From NCBI GenBank assembly GCA_965208805.1, contig OZ242355.1:2760982-2824981 (forward strand): a stretch of DNA of 64,000 nt. Reading direction: 5' to 3'. The translations under genes were made by a program, and so were the position numbers. Below the pieces are notes generated by a model, which ran no database searches, had not been told where the DNA came from, and was given only the letters and a program-made list of their open reading frames with translations. Source of the stretch: Acidimicrobiales bacterium (GTDB taxonomy: Bacteria > Actinomycetota > Acidimicrobiia > Acidimicrobiales > Bin134). Of this stretch, positions 51,131 through 60,201 are shown piece by piece (positions within the stretch are counted from its first letter, which is position 1; every line of letters begins with the position of its first letter).

Positions 51131-52069
51131 CTACAAAATTGCCAGAGGATTCACCGGCGAACCGGTGCCGTAGCGTAGCACCAGCGGGGCACACACGTAC
51201 TGAAATTCCCAGCGGTCCAGGTCGGCGCAGCGGGCGGCCACCGCCTCAAAATCGGCGTTGTCAATGATGGGCATCCCCATGTACGGCAACAGGATGTGGT
51301 GGACGTGCAGCGCGATGCTGATAGGCATCGGATTGGGAATGCCCTGGTCTTCTTGAGGGGCGTCTTGGAAGTCCCAGGTCAGACAGGAGGCCTCCGTCTC
51401 GTAGAGGAACTCAATGGCCGAGGCGTGGACCCCGGCATTCGACCCCATCCCTTGAGACGTGTCGGTCTTCTCGAAATACACGTCCATACCGCTGCGGATG
51501 CACACGGCGTCGCCCGCCCGGGGTTCGATTCCCTGGGCCGCGGCCACGTCGGCCAGCTCCCAGCCGTGGACCGGCTCGCCGGGTGCCACGTAGTCGGTGC
51601 CCCGGAACCGGGGGACGTCGTAGAGCACTCCCCGGGTGACGATGCCGTCGCTCCAGAAGTCGATGGTGCCGGTGTGCTCGGCGGGCATGGGGGACTTGGC
51701 GAACTCCTTGCCGTTCCAGAACTTGCCCCCGCCGTCCACCGGCAGATGGCACAGGGCGTCGATGTGGGTCTGTACGAACCCGTGGATGAACATGCCGAAG
51801 TAGTCGGCCATCGCCCCCGAGTCCCCCGCCCCCACGAAGTGATGGGCGGGGTAGGGGTTGGCCGGACCGGCATGAGTGTCGATGGGCCGGCTCATCGACA
51901 CCGCCTGCCCGGTCTGCACCAGCGTGGCCGCTGAACGGCGAGCCTCAGGAGTGATGTGGTTGAGGGTGCCCAGCTCGTCGTCGTCCCCCCAGCGACCCCA
52001 GTTGCAGAACCGCTCCCGGTAGGCGGCGTACTCTTCAGCAGTCGGCGGCGTGCGGTCACTCAGTCCCAT
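51131..52069 (-). CDS. Cyclase-family protein, paralogue 2
   Basis: ATG at 52069 within ORF 51131..52114. NWGRWGDDDELGTLNHITPE and THIDALCH are shared with 36833..37852. Confidence 0.8.
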   Translation of the reverse strand: MGLSDRTPPTAEEYAAYRERFCNWGRWGDDDELGTLNHITPEARRSAATLVQTGQAVSMSRPIDTHAGPANPYPAHHFVGAGDSGAMADYFGMFIHGFVQTHIDALCHLPVDGGGKFWNGKEFAKSPMPAEHTGTIDFWSDGIVTRGVLYDVPRFRGTDYVAPGEPVHGWELADVAAAQGIEPRAGDAVCIRSGMDVYFEKTDTSQGMGSNAGVHASAIEFLYETEASCLTWDFQDAPQEDQGIPNPMPISIALHVHHILLPYMGMPIIDNADFEAVAARCADLDRWEFQYVCAPLVLRYGTGSPVNPLAIL

Positions 52070-52125
52070 AAGGCAGTCTCTATCACAATGAACGGTTGCG
52101 AACAGCAAGGACACTGGAGAGCGAC

Positions 52126-53310
52126 TTGACCGTCGAATACGACCCGTTCTCCTTGGAGGTGGCCACTGATCCGCTGCCCATCTATCGGGAGCTACGGGCT
52201 GCGGGCGGAGTGCACCGCCTGGAGCAGTATCACGGTTGGGCGCTGCCCCGTTTCGCCGAGGTCTGGGAGGTGAGCTGCGACCGGGACTCCTTTTCCATCG
52301 CTGAGGGGCCGGTGTTCATGAAAGACCTCGTACTCCAGCCACCCCCCGCAAAGTTGGGGCCGTTGCCCGAGGGGTCGTTGCTCACCTTCGCCCAAATGGA
52401 CCCGCCGGCCCACACCCAGATCCGCAAGATCCTCTACCCGCCGCTTCGCCAGCGGCCGGTGGCCGAAATAGAGGCCGAGCTGCGCCGGGTAGCGGCCGAA
52501 TGTGTAGACGTCGGTTTGGAGCAGGGGCGGTTGGACATCGTCACCGAGCTGGCTTCGCCAGTGTCGGTAGCCGGAACCTCGCTGATCCTGGGCTTTCCCC
52601 CTGCTGACGGCGAGCTATTGGTGGAGTACGCCAACCAGACCATGCGCTACGACGATCGCGCTCCCCATGCCCGAGCCAAGATCCATGAGTATCTGTGCGG
52701 CTTTGTGGCCGAGCAGCGGGCCGGTGACTGCCTCGAGTTCATCGAGTCCCTCTTGGGAGTGGACTTGGTGGGCCAACCGTTCGACAACCAAGACGTGGCC
52801 ATCCAGCTTTCCACCTTGTTCACCGGTGGAGTGGAGACCACCCCCAAGGTGATGGGCGGCGGGTTCATCCACCTGGCAGGCGACGACGAACAGCGGGCTG
52901 CGTTGGTCCATGACCCGTCGCTTAGCGGGGGCGCCTTCGAGGAGATGCTGCGTCTGGAGGTACCCATCCAGCATCTGGGCCGTACCGTGTCCCGACCGAC
53001 GGTGATCGGCGGTCAGGAAATGGCCCGTGGCGACCGGGTGTTCTTGTTGTACCAATCGGCCAACCGGGACGAGCAGGAGTTCGGCTCCGATTCAGAGGCC
53101 TTTGACCTCCACCGCCGCCCCACCCGCCAACTCGGCTTCGGCCACGGCCTGCATTACTGCATCGGCGCCCACCTGGCCCGTTTGGAGGGCCGGGTGATCA
53201 TCGAGGAGGCCCTGGCCCGCATCCCCGACTTCGAGGTGCCCGCCGACGACGTGGTCCGTTTGCCGGGCTCCTTCCAGCAGGGCTACGCCTCGGTGCCGAT
53301 CGTCTTCTGA
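52126..53310 (+). CDS. Cytochrome P450
   Basis: Frame of ORF 52096..53310. The TTG at 52126 follows GGAGAG (52096 is an alternative start). It has ExxR (EEMLRLE) and the heme loop FGHGLHYCIGAHLA. Confidence 0.85.
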   Translation: MTVEYDPFSLEVATDPLPIYRELRAAGGVHRLEQYHGWALPRFAEVWEVSCDRDSFSIAEGPVFMKDLVLQPPPAKLGPLPEGSLLTFAQMDPPAHTQIRKILYPPLRQRPVAEIEAELRRVAAECVDVGLEQGRLDIVTELASPVSVAGTSLILGFPPADGELLVEYANQTMRYDDRAPHARAKIHEYLCGFVAEQRAGDCLEFIESLLGVDLVGQPFDNQDVAIQLSTLFTGGVETTPKVMGGGFIHLAGDDEQRAALVHDPSLSGGAFEEMLRLEVPIQHLGRTVSRPTVIGGQEMARGDRVFLLYQSANRDEQEFGSDSEAFDLHRRPTRQLGFGHGLHYCIGAHLARLEGRVIIEEALARIPDFEVPADDVVRLPGSFQQGYASVPIVF

Positions 53311-53317
53311 CTGCCCG

Positions 53318-54517
53318 CTAGGCCAAGGCCACCGGAAGGCGGCTCAGGCCCCTCAGGGTGATCCGGGGCTTCCAGGGAGGGTCGTCTTCGGTCGGGGTCC
53401 AGGTTTCGAAGCGGTCGAGCAGGCCAGCCAGTACCACTTGGCCTTCCAGGCGGGCCAGCGAGGCCCCCAGGCAATAGTGGATGCCCGAGCCGAACGACAG
53501 CAGCGGCGTCTCCTGTCGCCCGATGTCGAACCGGTTGGGATCGTCCATTACGTCGGGGTCGCGGTTGGCCGCCCCCAAGAGCATGAGCACCATGCTTCCC
53601 TTGGCGATGGAGTGTCCGCCGATCTCCACGTCTTCGAAGGTGTAGCGGGCGTCCACCTGTACCGGAGGCTGATAGCGCAGCACCTCGTCCACTGCGCCGG
53701 GCACCAGCGACTGATCAGCGCGCAGCCGGGCCAATTGGTCGGGATGCTGAATGAGCGTGTGGACCATGTTGCCGATCAGGTTGGTGGTGGTCTCGAACCC
53801 GGCCGCGTAGATCAACGACAACGTGAGTCCGATCTCTCTCTGGGTGAGCCGGTCTTCGCCGTCGCTGGCCGCAATCAGCGCTGAGAGCAGGTCGTCACAC
53901 GGCTCGGCCCGTCGCTGATCGATCAGGCCGTCGAAGTACGCCTTCACCTTGACTCCGGAGGCCTCGGCCTGCTCCTGGTCCTGGGGGCTTTGGTTCGGCT
54001 CGAGGGTGCCGGCCAGATCCGACACCAGCGGCCGCAGCCAGTCGCGGTCGGCCCGAGGAACCCCCACCAGCTCGCTGATGACGTTGGCCGGCAACGGAAA
54101 GGCCAGCTGATCGATCAGGTCTCCCCCGCCGGAAGAGGCCAGCGAATCCAGAAGCTCGTCGGTCATCTCCCCCACCGCCCACCGCAGCCCCTCCACCCGT
54201 CGGGGGGTGAAAGCCCTGCTGACCAGCGACCGCAGTCGAGTGTGGTCAGGCGGGTTCAAGAACAGGAAGGTTCGCTCTTCGTTGGGAGTCCGCACTCTCT
54301 CTGCAGTGAGCGTCGGAACCTCGTCCCCGGGCTCGGCATTGCCCATCCGGGGATCCCTCAGCGCCATCCGGCAGTCCTCGTAGCGAGTGAGGACCCAATA
54401 GTCGGCGAAGCTCAGCTTGTAAACGGGCGCCGTCTCCCGCAGCTCCCGCAGCAACGGGTAGGGATCGGCGTAAACCTCCGGATCGGTGACGATCCGAAGC
54501 AGCAGCTCGTCGCTCAC
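53318..54517 (-). CDS. Cytochrome P450
   Basis: 399 aa. It has ExxR (DEVLRY) and the heme-thiolate loop FGSGIHYCLGASLA. It is convergent with the other P450. Confidence 0.9.
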   Translation of the reverse strand: MSDELLLRIVTDPEVYADPYPLLRELRETAPVYKLSFADYWVLTRYEDCRMALRDPRMGNAEPGDEVPTLTAERVRTPNEERTFLFLNPPDHTRLRSLVSRAFTPRRVEGLRWAVGEMTDELLDSLASSGGGDLIDQLAFPLPANVISELVGVPRADRDWLRPLVSDLAGTLEPNQSPQDQEQAEASGVKVKAYFDGLIDQRRAEPCDDLLSALIAASDGEDRLTQREIGLTLSLIYAAGFETTTNLIGNMVHTLIQHPDQLARLRADQSLVPGAVDEVLRYQPPVQVDARYTFEDVEIGGHSIAKGSMVLMLLGAANRDPDVMDDPNRFDIGRQETPLLSFGSGIHYCLGASLARLEGQVVLAGLLDRFETWTPTEDDPPWKPRITLRGLSRLPVALA

Positions 54518-55431
54518 GGCCGGGGGCTGTGGACTCGGCCAAAGGTGTAGGCATCAGGCCAGCCCCTCTCGGCGAGGTTGGCCTCTTGACGGGCGATGGC
54601 CGTGGGGATGTCGCCCGGTTGCCAGCCGTCCACCAGCGATTCGCCCATCAGGTCGCGCACCGGCCGGTTGAGCTCCACCAGCAGTTGCAGGCTGAAGGCA
54701 ATGCGGCCGGTGAGCACATCGGGATCGCCGGCGAGCAGGGCCAGGGAGGCCTCGGCCATGGTCTCCAGCGGCTCGTACATGTCCTCGTCGATCCAGCCGG
54801 CCTCGACCAATATCGGGGTGGCGATGGCCGCCTGGGGGGTGAGGGCGTTCACCGACACCCCCTGCCCTTCACACTCGCTGGCGGCGGACACAGTCAGCTT
54901 GTTCAGTGCCGCCTTGGGGGCCCCGTAGACGAAGCCGGCTTTTGAGGGTTTGCTGGTGGGAAATGGCGGGCCGGGCGGCAACTCCGCTGAGAAGGTAGTG
55001 AGGTTCAATATTGAGCCGCTCCCCCGCTCTCGCATCCCGCCGACCACGGCCTTCATCAGCTCCCACGGCGCCCACAGATTCACTTGCAGGCTCAGCTCGA
55101 GCTGTTTGGAAGTGACTTCCTCGAACGGGTGGTACCCGCCGAAGGCGGCGTTGTTCACCAGGATGTCGATAGGCCCGAACGCCTCCTCAGTCTTGGGCAC
55201 CAGTTGGGTGCGGGCGCCCGACGGATCGCTGAGGTCTGACGGGAGCACCAGGCACTCCCCGCCGAACGATTCGATGCGCTCTTTGGTGGTGGCCAAGCCC
55301 TGTTCATCACGGGCGGTGATTGCCACTCGGGCCCCTTCGGCGGCCAGACGCAAAGCGATCGCCGTGCCCGTGCCACCCTTGCTCGCGCCGGTGACCAGCG
55401 CAACCTTGCCGTCGGCGGCCCGTTCTGCCAT
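54514..55431 (-). CDS. SDR-family oxidoreductase with C-terminal extension
   Basis: ATG at 55431 within ORF 54514..55542. It has GKVALVTGASKGGTG (TGxxxGxG-like), NNAA and YGAPKAAL (YxxxK). It overlaps the P450 start by 4 nt. Confidence 0.85.
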   Translation of the reverse strand: MAERAADGKVALVTGASKGGTGTAIALRLAAEGARVAITARDEQGLATTKERIESFGGECLVLPSDLSDPSGARTQLVPKTEEAFGPIDILVNNAAFGGYHPFEEVTSKQLELSLQVNLWAPWELMKAVVGGMRERGSGSILNLTTFSAELPPGPPFPTSKPSKAGFVYGAPKAALNKLTVSAASECEGQGVSVNALTPQAAIATPILVEAGWIDEDMYEPLETMAEASLALLAGDPDVLTGRIAFSLQLLVELNRPVRDLMGESLVDGWQPGDIPTAIARQEANLAERGWPDAYTFGRVHSPRP

Positions 55432-55482
55432 AGCCTTGCCTTCCCGTGAGAAATTATCTGCGAGCCTAGGACTACTAGCGAC

Positions 55483-56223
55483 GTGACTGAGAAGCAACGC
55501 CCACGCCAATCCCTCTCCCTGCTGCACACGTCGGACTGCCACCTGGGCACCTCACCAGCCCGACGGCAAGAAGCCGCCTTTGCCGCCGCCATGGATCTGG
55601 CCATCTCTGAGGAGGTGGACGCAGTCATCATCTCCGGAGACCTGTTCGACCACAATCGGGTGGGCGACGACGTGCTGAGCTGGGCCGCCGATCAACTGGC
55701 CCGGCTGTCGTGCCCGGCGGTGATGATCGCCGGCAATCACGACGCCCACCCGGAATCGTCGGTGCTCCACCGTTTCAGCCCCCACATCCAAGACCTCCCG
55801 ATCACCATCCTCGATTCCCTCGAGGGAACCACCACTCACCTCCCCGAGCTGGATCTCACCGTCTGGGGCAAGTCGATGGACGACCACCATCCCGGTTTCC
55901 ACCCCCTCGACAGACTCCCCGACCGTCCGGAAGAGGGCTGGTGCATAGCCATGGGCCATGGATTGGTCATGCCCGACGAAACGCCGTCTTACCGCTCATC
56001 CCCCATCTACCCCAGCCATCTCGATGCCCTCGACTGGGACTACGTCGCCCTCGGCCACATCCACCGCCACATGGTGATCCGCGAATCACCTTCGGTGGTC
56101 GCCTACTCCGGCGCCACCGCGGAATCACTGGAAGGCGATCCCGCCGTGCTGCTCGTCACCCTAGACCCCGACTCCGGCGTCTCCCTCACCCTCCGCGAGC
56201 TAAAGCCCAGTCCCGTCGCTTAG
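55483..56223 (+). CDS. Calcineurin-like metallophosphoesterase (SbcD/Mre11-like fold)
   Basis: 246 aa. The motif series is LLHTSDCHLG, ISGDLFDH, IAGNHD, GHGL and LGHIH. Confidence 0.8.
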   Translation: MTEKQRPRQSLSLLHTSDCHLGTSPARRQEAAFAAAMDLAISEEVDAVIISGDLFDHNRVGDDVLSWAADQLARLSCPAVMIAGNHDAHPESSVLHRFSPHIQDLPITILDSLEGTTTHLPELDLTVWGKSMDDHHPGFHPLDRLPDRPEEGWCIAMGHGLVMPDETPSYRSSPIYPSHLDALDWDYVALGHIHRHMVIRESPSVVAYSGATAESLEGDPAVLLVTLDPDSGVSLTLRELKPSPVA

Positions 56224-56595
56224 CCTCTCAGCATCAATCCGACGATCCTCTACCTGCGGCGTTCCCGGATTTTCCGGTCCATCACAGCAGCGGACATCGC
56301 CGCCGTCATAGTGCTCGCAGCTTGGCCCGAAGGACTGGGCGTACTCGCCGCCTTTTTGGTGCTCGTCGCCGTGTTCGGCACTGTCTATGTTGGCTTCGAG
56401 AAATGGTGCCAGCACAGAGGCTGGGGCGAGCTGTCGGACTATCCCGAGGCCCGCCAACAAAAGCATCTGCGCTGGCTGTTGAACTTCTCCGCTCACGGCC
56501 TCATCAACATCCTCTTAATCAGGGCATTGGACTGGTAGGCCTTCCGAGAGCGCCAACAGATGAAATCTGGTATCTGATCGGATACCATTTGTTCT

Positions 56596-56907
56596 ATGAA
56601 TGCGGCCGAGGTGATCCGCACTGTTCGATTACGAGCGGATCTCACGCTGCGGGCGCTGGCCGCCCGGGCTGGCACCTCCCACTCAGCGATCGCCGCCTAT
56701 GAGTCGGGAGCCAAGACCCCGTCGGCCTCCACCCTCGACCGCATTGTTCAAGCGGCGGAGTTCGCCCTCGACCGGGAGCTCAGCCCCAGGATGCAGGGCG
56801 ACGACCAGCTCGACAGAGGCACCGAGCTGGCAGTTGTCATTGAATTGGCCGCTGAGTTTCCTGCCCGCCACTCCCCGACACTCAAGTTTCCCGTGTTTGG
56901 ACGATGA
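56596..56907 (+). CDS. XRE-family HTH protein, putative antitoxin
   Basis: 103 aa. The HTH is LTLRALAARAGTSHSAIAAYESGAKTPSASTLDRIV. Its stop overlaps the start of the downstream nucleotidyltransferase-fold gene (ATGA). Confidence 0.7.
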   Translation: MNAAEVIRTVRLRADLTLRALAARAGTSHSAIAAYESGAKTPSASTLDRIVQAAEFALDRELSPRMQGDDQLDRGTELAVVIELAAEFPARHSPTLKFPVFGR

Positions 56908-57436
56908 AGCTGGTCGAGCAAGTCGTCGACCTTCATCGGGCTTTGGACGACGCCGACATTCCCCACGCTTTTGGCGGCGCCCTAGCTCTGGCCTGGTGCA
57001 CTCAGCAAGCCATAGGCACCATCGACATCGACTTAAATCTTTTTGTCAATGTCGATGAGATCGAGCGAGCGCTGGCCGCCCTCCCCGAAGGCATATCGAT
57101 TTCTGAAGCCAACCGGCGCGAGCTGGAACCGACGGTCAGAGCCGTCTGTGGTGGGGCGCCACGCCAGTGGACGTCTTCTTCAACACCACACCCTTCCACG
57201 AGGCCGCCGCCAGCCGAGCCCGAATCGAGCAATTCGGCGGCGCCGCGATCCCCTTTCTCGCATGCCGCGACCTAGCCGTATTCAAGGCTTTCTTCGACCG
57301 AACGAGAGACTGGGCCGACCTTGAGGACATGAACTCTGCTGGCACGCTCGACCATGAAGCCGTGCTCGGCGTGCTCGTCCGCTACCTCGGCGGCGAAGAC
57401 ACCCGAATCGCCCGCCTCCGAGCCCTCGCCGAATAG
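56904..57436 (+). pseudogene. Nucleotidyltransferase-fold toxin-like gene with a frameshift
   Basis: ORF 56904..57275 carries the NTase motif HAFGGALALAW...IGTIDIDLNLF. Family-like sequence continues in another frame from about 57128 (GTDGQSRLWWGATPVDVFFNTTPFHE...DLAVFKAFFDRTRDWADLEDM, ORF 57167..57436). The junction is consistent with a 1-nt deletion near 57126-57131. Confidence 0.65.
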
Positions 57437-57449
57437 TGGTCGGGTTGGC

Positions 57450-58328
57450 TTAGGGCTTACCCACGCCAGGGACGGTGACGTCGGTGGCGTAGATGGAGCC
57501 GGTTTTGGCCGCGGTGACCACTTCTCTCTTCCAGTCGTCGGCGGCGCAGATAAGGAGGGTGCGGCGGTCGTCACCACCCAGCACGCAGGCCACCGGGACT
57601 TTGGGGGCCATGTCATAGGAGTCGGTTACCTCGCCGCCGGGCAGCACCCGGAACACTCGAAGGCCCAGAGGATCGGCCACCCACACCGCGCCTTCGGCGT
57701 CGAGGCAGATGCCATCGGGCGGAGCTACCGGCAGCTTGTCCGACTCGGGCACCAACTCGGCAAAGACCCGGCGGTTGGACAGGGTGCCATCGGCGGCCAC
57801 ATCAAACGCGGTGAGGCGGGAGGCGGCGCTCTCAGCCACGATCAGCGTCTCCTCATCGGGGGTCAGGATGTGGCCGTTGGGGGCCTCCATCTCGGGCGCG
57901 CCCACGCTCACCGATCCTTCGGGAGTCACCCGGAAGGTCTGGCCGGTGAACCGATCACCCCCAGCGTGAATCCTCTGGCCCATGTCGCCGATGTAGGCGG
58001 TGCCGTCGGAGCGCACGATCATGTCGTTGATGTCGCCGATGGCCAGCGGCGACAGATCGGCGTGCTCGACCATCGACCCATCGGGCTCTTGGCGCAACAG
58101 CTTCTGGGTGGACATGGCCACCACCAACAGCCGACCGTCGGGCAGCCAGCCCAGCCCCGAGGGGTCGTCCCAATCGACCACCGCCACGGTTTCAGCGTTT
58201 CCGTCCAGGTCGGTGCGGATCACCCGATGGGCGTGCATGTCGGAGAACCACAGTGCGCCGTCACGCCATCGGGGTCCCTCGGAGAAGTTGAGCCCGTCCA
58301 AGATCGTGCGCATCAGGTGCCTCCTCAT
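57450..58328 (-). CDS. SMP-30/gluconolactonase/LRE-family protein
   Basis: 292 aa. It has the N-terminal FSEGPRWRDGALWFSD and repeated beta-propeller blades with DG/NG turns. Confidence 0.85.
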   Translation of the reverse strand: MRRHLMRTILDGLNFSEGPRWRDGALWFSDMHAHRVIRTDLDGNAETVAVVDWDDPSGLGWLPDGRLLVVAMSTQKLLRQEPDGSMVEHADLSPLAIGDINDMIVRSDGTAYIGDMGQRIHAGGDRFTGQTFRVTPEGSVSVGAPEMEAPNGHILTPDEETLIVAESAASRLTAFDVAADGTLSNRRVFAELVPESDKLPVAPPDGICLDAEGAVWVADPLGLRVFRVLPGGEVTDSYDMAPKVPVACVLGGDDRRTLLICAADDWKREVVTAAKTGSIYATDVTVPGVGKP

Positions 58329-58363
58329 CGGCTTGCGTGCTGACGAGATGGCACAATAGCCCT

Positions 58364-59308
58364 ATGAGCGTGACTCTCACCCCAAGCCTCGACGCCGAGG
58401 AGTCCTACGAGACCATTCAGGTTTCTCGTATCGGTGGGTCGCTGGGCGCGGTCATCTCCGGTGTGGACCCCCGCGACGGCCTGACCGAGCAACAGTTCGC
58501 CGAGATTCATGAGGCGCTGCTCCGCCACGAGGTGATCCTCTTCCGCAATGTGCCCATGAGCGCCGAAGACCAACTGGAGTTGGCCTCACTGTGGGGCCAG
58601 CCCAGCATCTACCCAGTTCAAGCCCTGATGGGGGTGACCGAGCCAAATACCTCCGTCATCCGCGACGACGCCGAGAGTCTGCCCACCACCGACAACTGGC
58701 ACACCGATGTGACCTGGATCGAAGTACCCCCCAAGGTCGCCTTGCTCCAATCCGTGGTTGCACCTCCCTATGGGGGCGACACCATGTGGTGCAGCATAAC
58801 GTCGGCCTACGACGCCCTGTCGGAGCCGATGCGGGCCATGATCGACGGATTGGAACTCCACCACTCCAACTACCCGCAGTACTGCACGAACATGGCCGAG
58901 AAGTCGGGAAGTTGGGATTTGGTGCCCTTGTTGCGGGAGGCCTACCCCGGAGTCAACCACCCGCTGGTGAGAACCCACCCCGAGACCGGACGGCGAGCGC
59001 TATACGTGGCCACCAACTTCCATCAGTACGTGGTCGGGCTGAACGAGGCCGAGAGCACGGCCCTGCTCGATTTCTTGATGCGCCACATCAACCAACCCCG
59101 CTTCCACTGCCGCTGGTCGTGGACCGAGGGCGATCTGGCCATCTGGGACGAGCGGTCCACCAATCACCGGGGGGTGTCCGACCACTATCCCGAGGTCCGC
59201 GAGATTCGCCGCTGCACCGTGGACGGCGACCGCCCCTACTTCGACCCGTCGGTGCCCTACCAACCCAAGGCCATTATGATGCCCACGGTCGCCTATCAGC
59301 CCCAGTAG
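58364..59308 (+). CDS. TauD/TfdA-family Fe(II)/2-oxoglutarate dioxygenase
   Basis: ATG at 58364 within ORF 58337..59308. WHTDVTWIEVPPKVALLQSVVAPPYGGDTMW contains the HxD iron ligands, and a distal His/Arg region (IWDERSTNHRG) is present. Confidence 0.85.
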   Translation: MSVTLTPSLDAEESYETIQVSRIGGSLGAVISGVDPRDGLTEQQFAEIHEALLRHEVILFRNVPMSAEDQLELASLWGQPSIYPVQALMGVTEPNTSVIRDDAESLPTTDNWHTDVTWIEVPPKVALLQSVVAPPYGGDTMWCSITSAYDALSEPMRAMIDGLELHHSNYPQYCTNMAEKSGSWDLVPLLREAYPGVNHPLVRTHPETGRRALYVATNFHQYVVGLNEAESTALLDFLMRHINQPRFHCRWSWTEGDLAIWDERSTNHRGVSDHYPEVREIRRCTVDGDRPYFDPSVPYQPKAIMMPTVAYQPQ

Positions 59309-59329
59309 TCGCCGGCCGGCAGCCGCCGC

Positions 59330-60181
59330 CTACCAGCCCCAGTAGTCGCCCCCGAAACGCTCGTCGCGCTCAGCCAGCGCGCCCTTCATGCCCTTCTCCC
59401 GAGACGTCTCGTGGAAGTCGAACTCGTCGGGGCTGCGGCGGGTGCCCATCACGAACAAGGGGTGGACGCCGTAGTGGGGGGTGAATGACTGGCCGAAGCC
59501 CAGCATGTCGTAAGCCAGATGGGCCACGGTACGGCCGGTGGCGATGCCATCGCGGGGCAGGCTGGACAACGCCCCGGTGAGCTGGGCCACCGCTTCATCC
59601 AACTCATCGGAGGGCACCACCCGGTTGACCAGGCCCAGCCGCTCAGCCTCGGCGGCGTCGAACTTCCGTCCGGTCACCACCAGCTCGTTAGCCCGCTTTA
59701 GCCCGATCTGGGAGGCGAGCATGGGGTAGAGCCACGACGTACCCGCCGAGCCGAACCGCTCCTCGGGCAGCCCGAATACGGCGTCGTCGGTCACCACCGC
59801 GAAATCGCACACCAGCATCAGGTACAGTCCGGCGCCGATGCACGGCCCGTGAACCCGGGCCACGATGGGCTTAGCCGAGTACAGCAGGTCGCGCATCACC
59901 CAGGCCCGGCGACGCAATCCGGCGATGGCGAACCGGCTTCCCTTGGTCTCGGCCCCCCCGTAGAAGTCGTCGGGGCTGGACAGGTCGAAACCCGAGGTGA
60001 ACCCCCGGCCCGCCCCAGCCAACAAGATGCACTTCACATCGTCGTCGGCCTCGGCCTGGCGGACGAAAGCCACGATCTGGTCGAACATCTCGTCGGTCAG
60101 CGCGTTGAACACGTCGGGCCGATTGAGGGTGATCGTCGCCACCGCTCCGGCCGTCTCGTAGGTCACATTGTCTTCAGCCAT
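59330..60181 (-). CDS. Enoyl-CoA hydratase/isomerase (crotonase) family protein
   Basis: ATG at 60181 within ORF 59330..60385. ATITLNRPDVFNALT and ILLAGAGRGFTSGFDL are crotonase oxyanion-hole blocks. Confidence 0.85.
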   Translation of the reverse strand: MAEDNVTYETAGAVATITLNRPDVFNALTDEMFDQIVAFVRQAEADDDVKCILLAGAGRGFTSGFDLSSPDDFYGGAETKGSRFAIAGLRRRAWVMRDLLYSAKPIVARVHGPCIGAGLYLMLVCDFAVVTDDAVFGLPEERFGSAGTSWLYPMLASQIGLKRANELVVTGRKFDAAEAERLGLVNRVVPSDELDEAVAQLTGALSSLPRDGIATGRTVAHLAYDMLGFGQSFTPHYGVHPLFVMGTRRSPDEFDFHETSREKGMKGALAERDERFGGDYWGW

Positions 60182-60201
60182 GACCCCTATCCTGTCGGAT
60201 T

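Noticed and set aside
52090-52103. GAACGGTTGCGAAC in the cyclase / P450 divergent promoter as a fourth locus of the GkTCCr-N5-yGGwAC operator.
   Set aside because: It is a direct GAAC...GAAC repeat, not the GTTCC/GGAAC palindrome, and the spacing differs. It is not counted.
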